Shown: positions 20,902 through 29,256 of the stretch, piece by piece
Position numbering within the stretch: the stretch's first letter is position 1
Layout of the letters: the number at the start of each line of letters is the position of its first letter
Source of the DNA: Candidatus Poribacteria bacterium
Lineage (GTDB): Bacteria > Poribacteria > WGA-4E > WGA-3G
Direction: 5' to 3'
DNA length: 64,000 bases
Assembly: GCA_965198235.1 (NCBI GenBank)
Contig: OZ240248.1
Location: 2,080,001 to 2,144,000, forward strand
Made by a program: the position numbers and the translations under genes
Notes under the pieces: model-generated
Database searches by the model: none
What the model was told of the DNA's origin: nothing
The model's input: the letters and a program-made list of their open reading frames with translations, nothing else

Positions 20902-22053
20902 ATGAAAACATATCGGATCGGAATTTTAGGATGTAGAGGACGCGGAACATCAGCAGCACGGGCATATTATGCGCATCCACGGACGGAGATTGTCGGACTC
21001 TGTGATCTGGTTGAAGAACGTCTCGACACTCTGGGCGAGGAAGTCAATGTCACCGCGCGGTTCACCGATTTAGATGAGATGATTCGGCAAATCCAACCCG
21101 ACATTGTGGCGATTCCCACCGGCACGGAATTTCACTACGATCTGTGCATGCGCGTGCTGGAACATGGTGTCAACATTGAGGTGGAAAAGCCGATGTGTGT
21201 GGATCTCGTACAAGCGGATGCCGTTATCGCTAAAGCGAAGGAAAAAGGCGTGCAGGTCGCGGTACACCACCAAGGCAGAGTCGGTGCGCCTATGCAGTCG
21301 ATCTCACATGCCTTTGATGCCGGAAAGATCGGTGAGTTGCGCTACATGTACGGCAGTGGAAAAGGCTACTACGGCGGCTACGGCTTGATGAACATCGGCA
21401 CACACATGCTCAACAACATGCTCCACTTCGGGAAGAGATGTCAAAGTATTGTAGCACACCTGACGACGGGCGGGAAACCGATTATGCCTACAGATGTCGT
21501 CCCATCGCCGAGCGGTATGGGGACAATCGCAGGGGAATATATCTCGGCAACGTTGCAGTATGAAGGTCACGTCACTGGAACTCTACTCCAACATAGGTTT
21601 GACAAAATGGATACCAACGGGTATACTATGGAGCTTTACGGCACTGAAGGAAGGCTCTTCTGGGGACTCGGTGGCGCATGGTGGCTACCGACACCACACT
21701 ATGTCCCTGACGGCACACACGACCAGTGGGAAGCGTTGGAACTTATCTATCCTGAACACTACGATCCCGAAAGTAGTGCCGCAGAAGCGGATTACTGGTT
21801 TGTGGAGGACTATGTCAATGCTTTAGATGAAGGGAGAGCACATACGTGCAGCGGCACGGAGGGACGACATATCATTGAAATGATGATGGGCATCTTTGAG
21901 TCGGCGGCGGACGGCACACGCGTTGACCTCCCGCAACCCGACCGGCGGCATCCGTTGTTACGGTGGCGTGAGGAAGCCGGGTTGGATTCACCTGCAGAGA
22001 TGCCGAGAGCGTATTGGGACTGGCTAACATTGGAATCCGAACGGATTAGTTAG
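20902..22053 (+). CDS. Gfo/Idh/MocA oxidoreductase
   Basis: IGILGCRGRG, VEKPM; AAGGAG SD before ATG 20902. Confidence 0.9.
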   Translation: MKTYRIGILGCRGRGTSAARAYYAHPRTEIVGLCDLVEERLDTLGEEVNVTARFTDLDEMIRQIQPDIVAIPTGTEFHYDLCMRVLEHGVNIEVEKPMCVDLVQADAVIAKAKEKGVQVAVHHQGRVGAPMQSISHAFDAGKIGELRYMYGSGKGYYGGYGLMNIGTHMLNNMLHFGKRCQSIVAHLTTGGKPIMPTDVVPSPSGMGTIAGEYISATLQYEGHVTGTLLQHRFDKMDTNGYTMELYGTEGRLFWGLGGAWWLPTPHYVPDGTHDQWEALELIYPEHYDPESSAAEADYWFVEDYVNALDEGRAHTCSGTEGRHIIEMMMGIFESAADGTRVDLPQPDRRHPLLRWREEAGLDSPAEMPRAYWDWLTLESERIS

Positions 22054-22290
22054 TCTGTAGTTAACCTTTAACGGTAGGTGCGGTTTCCTTGGGGAAACAC
22101 CCAAGCAAAAACACCGCACCGAATTCAACCAAGTAGTTTCGGGACGTGCTGACTTGCTATAAATAGCACTACTACAAGCACATCTGTTCGTAGTAGGGAG
22201 CCCCTTCATCGCCGGTCGCCGATCCAGATTACTCACTCTATTTTCTCAACCTCATTCAACCGCATCGGATCCAAATTATAAGGGATACAC

Positions 22291-23250
22291 CTACATTATC
22301 TCCGCGATGATTGTGTTTGTCTGCAATCCCGACTCACCAGTACACCGGATCGGTTCACCCGTCTTGAGGTGATTGATAAAGTCTTCTACAAGCCCCGTGT
22401 GCGTGTGCGGAAACGGGGTTTGGTCCATTGCAATCTGCTCATCCGATTTTTCCAACGTCAGATTCCCGCTATTCAGCGGCGAACACCTTAAAACCCCTTC
22501 TGTGCCGTAGACCTCAACATCGTCGATTGAGACACCGACGTTCCAATTGATGTTCGCAACGGCATGCGCGCCACTCTCGAAGCGGAGCGTAAACGCAGTG
22601 GAATCATCGACCTCAATATCCAGATGCACGGTCTCCGCGTAGCCTTGGACAGATTCAACCTCTCCCATCAGATACTGAAGGAGCGAGATACGGTGGCTAC
22701 CGAGATCCATCAGGACACCGCCACCACTGATTTTGGGATCCACCCGCCAACTATGCAGATCGTGCCGATTCGGATCATAGAAACCGGTGTGATTGACCCG
22801 CGCCAGTACCACATCACCGATAGCACCCTCATCCATCAACGCCTTCATCTTCACGATATTTGGATAGAAATTGCGGTAATAGGCGAGCATCAAGGTAACA
22901 CCCGCGTCGTGGCAGGCATCCACCATCCGCTGACACTCTTCAACCGTCATCGCCATCGGTTTTTCGCAGAGGATGTGCTTACCGGCTTCTGCCACACGGA
23001 GCGTATGTTCGCAGTGAAGATATGGGTGCGTTGCGATGTAGATCGCATTGAGTTCGTCATCTGCCAGAAGTGCGTCTATATCGGTATAGAATCGTTTCGC
23101 ACCGTGTCTCTCGGCGAAGGATTCCGCTTTGGCGCGGTCCCGCCGCATCACAGCGATGAGTTCCGAATCACCGACGCTGTAAAGGGGCGGTCCGCCCTTA
23201 TATTCAGCGACATCGCCACAACCGAGTATTCCCCATCTCAGTGTTGCCAT
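22291..23250 (-). CDS. Gfo/Idh/MocA oxidoreductase
   Basis: WGILGCG, CEKPMA, GGGVLMDLGSH. Confidence 0.92.
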   Translation of the reverse strand: MATLRWGILGCGDVAEYKGGPPLYSVGDSELIAVMRRDRAKAESFAERHGAKRFYTDIDALLADDELNAIYIATHPYLHCEHTLRVAEAGKHILCEKPMAMTVEECQRMVDACHDAGVTLMLAYYRNFYPNIVKMKALMDEGAIGDVVLARVNHTGFYDPNRHDLHSWRVDPKISGGGVLMDLGSHRISLLQYLMGEVESVQGYAETVHLDIEVDDSTAFTLRFESGAHAVANINWNVGVSIDDVEVYGTEGVLRCSPLNSGNLTLEKSDEQIAMDQTPFPHTHTGLVEDFINHLKTGEPIRCTGESGLQTNTIIAEIM

Positions 23251-23335
23251 GAAATCTGTTCCTCATCGTTAGTGAAAGGTAGCCGCTGAAAGCGGCCTGT
23301 AAACACCCGCTACGATACCTCAAAAGCAGTGCAGG

Positions 23336-23794
23336 TTAGCGCGAGTCGTTGCCGTTCGTAGTTACGATTATGCCTAAAGTTTGCCAAAATGCCTCAAGGC
23401 TCGGTGTCTGTAGTGCCTCACGGCGTAACTGTCTGAGACGTTGCACGTCGTTAACGTACTCAAGCGTTGATGCCACCGCTTGCAAGTTGCGTGCATTGAA
23501 ACGAACCTCCAGATTTTCAAGAATACCCTCAATAAGACTCTCTCGTGTTCCGCGTTCAATGCCTTGTTCAATGCCTTGTTCAATGCCTTGTTCAATGCCT
23601 TTCTGCAGGAAATGTTGGATAACTGATGATTCTTGCATGATCGTCTCCATTATCGTTTCACGAATGGTTGGATAATCAAATACTAATCCGCCCAAAATCG
23701 CTAAATCTGCCAAATAATCCGCCTTTGCTATGTCATCCTGTGGTACAGAGTCGGCGGCTTCAACGCATTGCCGGATCCACTCCTCCGGTTCCAT
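23336..23794 (-). pseudogene. C-terminal fragment of an Rpn/PD-(D/E)XK transposase-like protein with GIEQ repeats
   Basis: MQESSVIQ...GIEQGIEQGIEQGIERG (12-bp tandem repeat at about 23555-23600); nuclease N-terminus absent. Confidence 0.65.
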
Positions 23795-23903
23795 AAAGTG
23801 AATTGTTAAAGTCTAACACACATTGACTGTGAGTGTCAAACAATTTTGGCTGTGTATCGCGGAATTATCATGAAAGGGAAAAACCGAATGGGACTGTTCG
23901 TTT

Positions 23904-24131
23904 TCAGAAGTGTTTTGAACGTCTGGCTCGGACCCTAAAGTTGCGTTCGCCCTTGTAACCGAGTATCTGCAGGACTTCGTCCCACAATTCCTTTTCAGCC
24001 CAGCGGTGGATATTGCGTTCGGTTGTGTTGAGTTTCGTCGCGATTTCTTTTGCGTCGCGGGTATGTGTCGCAAAAAGACCTGCTGCAACGGTGATGCGGA
24101 TGTCTGTTTCGACTTTACTACGTTTGGGCAT
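23904..24131 (-). CDS. Small HTH DNA-binding protein
   Basis: AKEIATKLNTTERNIHRWA resembles a helix-turn-helix. Confidence 0.6.
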   Translation of the reverse strand: MPKRSKVETDIRITVAAGLFATHTRDAKEIATKLNTTERNIHRWAEKELWDEVLQILGYKGERNFRVRARRSKHF

Positions 24132-24472
24132 AGATTATTTCCAATCTTGAAAGTGTAGAATGTATCCTGAGACCGTTAATATTAAAGGTGAGTTCAATAT
24201 CAGGAATAGGCATGTGTCAAAAGGAGAACCCCTTGATTTTTGCTGTCCGCTATAAAAGGATTTTTTATGAAAGTTTTCCTTAAAAATGTTACACTGGTGT
24301 AACATTTAGTGTACAGTGAATATCGGCGGAAAACCCAGTGAATATCAGGGGCCATAGGCTTTTCTTTTTTGGTTTTCCGCGGTGAAAAAAATAATTTAGC
24401 GGAAAGTGTAACATTTTGGATGTTGTGAATCTCACAAAGGTAAAATTTTATCCTTATTCCCAGTATAGTATA

Positions 24473-24501
24473 ATTATATCATGTTTTCGCGCGGGTGTCA
24501 A
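24473..24501 (-). promoter_or_regulatory. Consensus sigma70 promoter pointing away from tnpB element 1
   Basis: TTGACA-17 nt-TATAAT on the minus strand. Confidence 0.65.
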
Positions 24502-24601
24502 TTTCTTTTACGATGTTCACGGACTTTCATCCCAATCCTTCAGGTTTGGGATGAAAGTCCGCCCTCGTGAATAAGACCGAGGCGTTGTTTAAAAAATAAG
24601 C

Positions 24602-24630
24602 GTGACTTTGCTATTAAAATGTGTTATAAT
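24602..24630 (+). promoter_or_regulatory. tnpB E1 promoter
   Basis: GTGACT-17-TATAAT with extended TG; same layout in E2. Confidence 0.7.
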
Positions 24631-24634
24631 TAAT

Positions 24635-24718
24635 GTATCACGTTGGCAGACATTCATAGCATAATCGCAAGGTTATGTGTCTGCCTACCCACTCTGAAGG
24701 GGTTAAAAAGCGCGATAC
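24635..24718 (+). ncRNA. Structured 5' leader RNA of tnpB (E1)
   Basis: Nested stems, a GCAA tetraloop and a possible pseudoknot; conserved with compensatory changes in E2. Confidence 0.65.
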
Positions 24719-24728
24719 GTGAACTCCA

Positions 24729-25838
24729 GTGAAAACAGAGAGATATGAGTTATATCACCAGTCACATACGATCGTTATCGGCAATCTGTTAGCCGATATG
24801 CACCAAGTGCATGTCCACCTCCTAACGTTGCAGCGAAGGTATTTCCGTATCTACGGTAAATATGCGTCTTTTGAACGGATATGCAAACATATCACGAAGT
24901 TAAAACAACGGACAAAACCGCATTGGAAACAACTTCCAAGTCAAGCGATCCAAGACGTTGCGAAGCGTATTGATTTAGGATACCAGCGTTTCTTTGATAA
25001 TATCGAAGATCGTCAGTCTGGTAAAACGACACGACGAGTGGGTAAACCGCATATCAAACCGCAGCATAAATACACCTCTATAACATTGAAACAAGCGGGC
25101 TATAAGATTGAAGGCAATCGTATCTATATCGGCTGTCTAAAAAAGTCGTTCACCTTTTGGAAACACCGTGACTTTACTGGCACGGTCAAGAGAGTCACAA
25201 TCAAACGTGATAATGTCGGTGCTTATTATTTAACAATCGTCTGTGAGGATTCTGAACCTACTGAAGCCCTCCGACTGACAGGTAATGTAGCAGGGGCGGA
25301 CTTCGGTATGAAGACGTTTTTGACCCTTTCAGACGGTATCAAGATAGAATCCCCCGAGTTCTATAAGCAAAGCCTGAATGAAATCCGTTCAGCAAATAAA
25401 GCACTCTCACGAAAGCAATATCTCTCTAATGGTTGGTATCGTGCGAAACGCCACCTCGCACGTGTCTATAAGAAGATCGGCAATAGAAGGCGAGACTGGT
25501 TCTTCAAGTTGGCCCTGCGTCTTCTGCGAAAGTATGATACGCTTGCGATTGAAACCCTGAACCTTGATGGCATGAAACGCCTGTGGGGTCGGAAAGTCTC
25601 TGATCTCGCCTTCGGTGAGTTTGCTCTCATACTTCAGTGGATATGTGCGAAATACGGTAAAACATTGGCAAAAGCAGGACAGTGGCAACCGACGACAAAA
25701 GCCTGTAACGTCTGTGAGCATAAGAATGAGACGCTCACACTTGCGGACAGAGACTGGACATGTCCGAAATGCAGCACCTCTCACGATAGAGATATAAATG
25801 CTGCGAAAAACATTTTGCGGGTAGGGGTAGCGGTCTAA
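24729..25838 (+). CDS. tnpB: RNA-guided endonuclease TnpB
   Basis: RuvC I ADFGMK, RuvC II IETLNL, zinc finger CNVC/CPKC, RuvC III HDRDINAAKNI. Confidence 0.95.
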   Translation: MKTERYELYHQSHTIVIGNLLADMHQVHVHLLTLQRRYFRIYGKYASFERICKHITKLKQRTKPHWKQLPSQAIQDVAKRIDLGYQRFFDNIEDRQSGKTTRRVGKPHIKPQHKYTSITLKQAGYKIEGNRIYIGCLKKSFTFWKHRDFTGTVKRVTIKRDNVGAYYLTIVCEDSEPTEALRLTGNVAGADFGMKTFLTLSDGIKIESPEFYKQSLNEIRSANKALSRKQYLSNGWYRAKRHLARVYKKIGNRRRDWFFKLALRLLRKYDTLAIETLNLDGMKRLWGRKVSDLAFGEFALILQWICAKYGKTLAKAGQWQPTTKACNVCEHKNETLTLADRDWTCPKCSTSHDRDINAAKNILRVGVAV

Positions 25839-25990
25839 CGAGACCATAAAACCGATCTGATTCGGAATAAATCCCCGCAGGTGGAGCGACAATAAGACGT
25901 TTGACCCTTTGGGAAAAACGCAGTTGCTATGAAACCGAAGCCCAACCCTTTAGGTTTGGGTGCTATCACAATCAGAAACTCGGTTTCGAG
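25815..25990 (+). ncRNA. Putative omegaRNA of E1 (scaffold to 25969, guide AATCAGAAACTCGGTTTC...)
   Basis: Overlaps the tnpB 3' end and right end, as established for TnpB elements; boundaries approximate. Confidence 0.55.
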
Positions 25991-26287
25991 ACAGATCTCC
26001 TCATCCCGGAAGAAGATCCATTTTTTGGGATCGTGAGTCGTGATGATGTCCGGATTCTGCTCAAACATATCACCGAGGATGTCCATCCAGTTCCAAACCA
26101 CACCCGACACGAGTGGGCGAGATGGGACGCTTTCATACTGGTTTCTGATCCTGACGCGTTGTTTGCTGAGTTCCAGTCCCGTGGCTTAGAGTTCCACGAA
26201 ACCCTCGCAGACACCGACGACGGTCTCCGTGCTTTTGAACTCAAGGACCATGATGGGTATGTTTTGTGTTTTGGGAAACCGCTTTGA
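25970..26287 (+). pseudogene. VOC/glyoxalase-bleomycin resistance gene lacking its N-terminus
   Basis: NQKLGFETD...GLRAFELKDHDGYVLCFG starts exactly at the E1 right end. Confidence 0.8.
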
Positions 26288-26461
26288 ACGGAGAATCGTC
26301 TGAATCAGGATTTACGAGATTTTAAGATTGCCAGGATAAGCGCGGCACGCTGCATTGAAATCCTACGCCACACCTCGCCTTGTAAAAATGTAAAGGATAC
26401 AAAATTAGAATTCATCTGTTATTTCTTTTTAAGCTAAATCTAATAAGCGGCGGCAACATTG

Positions 26462-26701
26462 TTAAGAAGCTCCGGCACGGTGAGACGGTACATCAATAAC
26501 AATTTCGTTTTGAAGCGCGCGTACGGCGTAGGCGAGTACCGCCCGAATGCTTTTCTCACTTAGATCCGGGTAATCTGCAATGATCTCCTGATTTGACATA
26601 CCGCTTGCTAATAATCCCAATATATGTTCAACACTCAGACGAGTGCCTTCAACAACTGGCTTTCCACCAAGGATTTCTGGATCCGCAATAATTCTAACCA
26701 C
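26462..26701 (-). CDS. DUF433 domain protein (putative antitoxin)
   Basis: RIIADPEILGGKPVVEGTRLSV...DYPDL; GTG start after GAGAGG. Confidence 0.88.
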   Translation of the reverse strand: MVRIIADPEILGGKPVVEGTRLSVEHILGLLASGMSNQEIIADYPDLSEKSIRAVLAYAVRALQNEIVIDVPSHRAGAS

Positions 26702-26874
26702 AATTTTTACCTCTCTATTGGAAAATACGTTAACCTTATCTAACCTTCCGAGACTAAAACCCAATCCTTTAGGTTTGGGATACAGTCTGTCCCTTGTGAA
26801 TGAGACCGTGGGTCTCTGTTGAAAAAAGACTTTCGGAAAGCACCCCACACAGTGACTGTGTCGGGTGACTTTCC

Positions 26875-26903
26875 GTGACTTTTAGCCAAAAATGTGGTAT
26901 AAT
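26875..26903 (+). promoter_or_regulatory. tnpB E2 promoter
   Basis: GTGACT-17-TATAAT with extended TG. Confidence 0.7.
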
Positions 26904-26910
26904 TAAGAGT

Positions 26911-26990
26911 ATCACAGTGGCAGACAGTTCAAGCGTAATCGCAAGGTTACGTGTCTGCCTACCCACTTGAACGGGGTAAAACTCTGTGAT
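26911..26990 (+). ncRNA. Structured 5' leader RNA of tnpB (E2)
   Basis: Homologue of 24635-24718 with covarying stems. Confidence 0.65.
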
Positions 26991-27002
26991 CTGTGAGATA
27001 CC

Positions 27003-28217
27003 CTGCGAAACACAAAACACAAACTTTTCAAGGATAAGACGTTGCGTCACCTGCACGACGAGTGCAATATCTCTGGCGTTGTCAAGAATCACTTCCTTGC
27101 GCTGTCTATGCGATATTACCGCCGCTATGGGAAAGGCGTGTCGTATTCCAAAATGTCGAAGCATTTGACGAAACTGAAGCGTCTTGAAAAATACCAGCAT
27201 TGGAATATTCCCTACTCATGGGCGTTGCAAAATGTTCTCAAGCGTCTGGAAACCCAGAGTTTCAAAGAAATAAAAACGCTCGGTAGAGGTCACCCGAAAT
27301 TCAAGTCCTGTCAGAAACACAAAGGGATGACGTTTCGCGGTGAACAGGTCAAAATAGAAAAAGTGCTGGACGCGCAAAAACACGAGAGGAACCACCCGAC
27401 GTATAAAATCCGACTCAACGGTCGTTGGTATCGGTTTGCTCTGCACCGTGAAATCAAAGGCATCATCATTGAAGTTCATGTAACGAGGGACGCACTCGGA
27501 GATATGTATATCACCCTGACAGAAGACTATACCGAAATTAAAATTGAACCCAAGACGGGTCAAGCTGAAGGGTTTGATTTTGGTATTAAAGACTTCTTGA
27601 TCGGCAGTGATGGTCATAGATATATGTCTCCGATGTTCTACAAACAGAATGCTGAAAAGTTGGCGACAGCACAAAAGGCGTATTCTCGCAAGGTCAAAGG
27701 TTCTCAGAATCTCGAACGCGAACGCAAGAACGTTGCACGTATCCATAAGAAGGCTGCGAATCAGAGAGCAGACCACCATTGGAAACTTGCGATAGAACTT
27801 TGTCGTCAGTTTGACATCCTGTTCTTTGAAGATTTGAACCTTCGCGGCATGAAAGCACTCTTTGGCAAACAGGTATCTGACCTTGGTTTTGGTGAGTTCT
27901 ATCAGAAACTCAAACACCAGAGTCACAAGCGTATCCGCTCTGTGCTGAAAATCAATCGGTGGTCTCCCACCACAAAGTGCTGTTGTGTGTGTGGAGATAA
28001 AAATGAAAATCTCACGCTATCAGATCGTCACTGGACGTGTCCAAGTTGTCATACACACCTGGACCGCGACGAGAACGCTGCTATGAACATTCTTAAGGAA
28101 GGGATAGCTTCCTTTGGGTTAGGAGTTGTAAGACCTATTGTTTTGTTTAACAAGATCGTAGGCACCTCCGTTGAATCTAACCATCCGATTCTGAATTCCA
28201 CAAATGCTTCTGCTTAA
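27003..28217 (+). CDS. tnpB: RNA-guided endonuclease TnpB (probable CTG start at 27003; ORF track starts at TTG 27042)
   Basis: GFDFGIK, FFEDLNL, CCVC/CPSC and DRDENAAMNI all intact. Confidence 0.95.
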   Translation: MRNTKHKLFKDKTLRHLHDECNISGVVKNHFLALSMRYYRRYGKGVSYSKMSKHLTKLKRLEKYQHWNIPYSWALQNVLKRLETQSFKEIKTLGRGHPKFKSCQKHKGMTFRGEQVKIEKVLDAQKHERNHPTYKIRLNGRWYRFALHREIKGIIIEVHVTRDALGDMYITLTEDYTEIKIEPKTGQAEGFDFGIKDFLIGSDGHRYMSPMFYKQNAEKLATAQKAYSRKVKGSQNLERERKNVARIHKKAANQRADHHWKLAIELCRQFDILFFEDLNLRGMKALFGKQVSDLGFGEFYQKLKHQSHKRIRSVLKINRWSPTTKCCCVCGDKNENLTLSDRHWTCPSCHTHLDRDENAAMNILKEGIASFGLGVVRPIVLFNKIVGTSVESNHPILNSTNASA

Positions 28218-28277
28218 TGATTGCAGAAGCCCAAGTCTTTAGACTTGGGTCTATCACAAGCCACTGTGCGGCACTTT
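28098..28277 (+). ncRNA. Putative omegaRNA of E2 (guide AAGCCACTGTGCGGCAC...)
   Basis: GGGATAGC...GTAAGAC-hairpin...GTTGA...right-end hairpin; boundaries approximate. Confidence 0.55.
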
Positions 28278-28428
28278 CTGGGTAAGGTATCGCATCAATA
28301 AATTCTTGGGCGAAAGGTTGTGTCGATGCAAGTAACGCACGCTTTGGGAGACCGTGTGTTAAGACGGGTGGTCCAAAAGGCATGAACGTTGACAATATAT
28401 TCTGTGGCGTTTGCATTCCAGTTGACAT
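28258..28428 (-). pseudogene. Small ORF interrupted by E2 (continues at 26739-26707); possibly a degenerate antitoxin
   Basis: Frame is restored when E2 is removed; lies right after the HigB fragment. Confidence 0.4.
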
Positions 28429-28434
28429 TGTTTG

Positions 28435-28536
28435 TTACCTTTGTTCCATCAATTCAAGCCAACGGAAAAGTCCTGATCTGGAGGTTGGATGTCTTTGGGC
28501 AAATTCAGTGAGTTTTTGTTCTGCAATAATTTGCAT
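28435..28536 (-). pseudogene. Truncated HigB-like toxin (33 aa)
   Basis: MQIIAEQKLTEFAQRHPTSRSGLFRWLELMEQR* resembles HigB N-termini. Confidence 0.65.
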
Positions 28537-29163
28537 CAATAAGTTGTCTCAAATTGGAAAATGACGACCCAGCTGAACTTGAACGTTCCGATAGGAATGT
28601 TATCGTGTACGACCCTAAGATTCCACTTTCTGTCCTGTTAGGTACGGTGAAATTATACACTGACTCGCAACGGATTGCAAGAGAAAAGGAGTGTCAAGGA
28701 ACCAATCCTAAAAGATAAGAGCATTTAGTTTCAAAAATACCGATACTATAAGTTAAATATAATTTCACATTCGTTTTTTCACGGAGAAGGGGTATGTTGA
28801 ATCCTGGGAACCCACGGCCCACCTACGACGATAAAAACCTCCGTGAAGCCTCCGTGAAAATCAGAGTATTCCTACCTTACGAATTCTAACAAACGCCGAT
28901 ACAAACGTAACAACAATTAGAGTAGATTTTAGAATGACTTCGGCACGGTAAAGAAGCGAGGTGTTTTTGATAGGGGGACTTCGCTTGGGATTTTGATTGG
29001 GTATTTCTGCGGATTTCCGATAGGTGTCAATTTTATAAAAAACTGCATCGTAGGTTGGGTTGAACGGGGACTACCAAACCGATGCCGATTCACTGAAAAA
29101 TCGCCTCGTTTCCATACTCGCGTCCCGACTGACTGCCGACTGCTGATTGCTGACGGCTTATAA

Positions 29164-29222
29164 CACATCTCCGCTTGAAAACTTACCCAAAGCACAGTAT
29201 AATAGACGCAAACTTGTGCTGA
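29164..29222 (+). promoter_or_regulatory. Promoter segment duplicated at 31197-31255
   Basis: TTGAAA-17-TATAAT; near-identical 59-nt copy with TTGCAA-17-TATAAT. Confidence 0.75.
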
Positions 29223-29256
29223 CGGACTATTCCACAGCACATCAGCAGGAGCGGGA

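Larger units (their letters stand above)
24511..25969 (+). mobile_element. IS200/IS605-family (tnpB-only, IS1341-like) element E1
   Basis: Left hairpin CCCAATCCTTCAGGTTTGGG; right end GAAG-CCCAACCCTTTAGGTTTGGG-TGCTATCAC; left boundary uncertain by a few nt. Confidence 0.85.
26740..28257 (+). mobile_element. IS200/IS605-family (tnpB-only) element E2
   Basis: Inserted 3' of TTAT (26736-26739); AAAA plus left hairpin; right end GAAG-hairpin-CTATCAC; no target duplication. Removal restores a minus-strand ORF ...AAQWL|IRLTYFPIER*. Confidence 0.92.

Noticed and set aside
26911-26990. tnpB leader as an HDV-like, hammerhead, twister or pistol ribozyme, or a known riboswitch
   Set aside because: The stem order is reminiscent of HDV, but P1.1, P4 and the short P3/L3 are absent and there is no CUGANGA/GAAA core; left unassigned.
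25407-27926. Long antisense ORFs over both tnpB genes (25407-25892, 27216-27926) as tnpA or accessory genes
   Set aside because: No HUH/Y1 or serine recombinase motifs; these are shadow ORFs.
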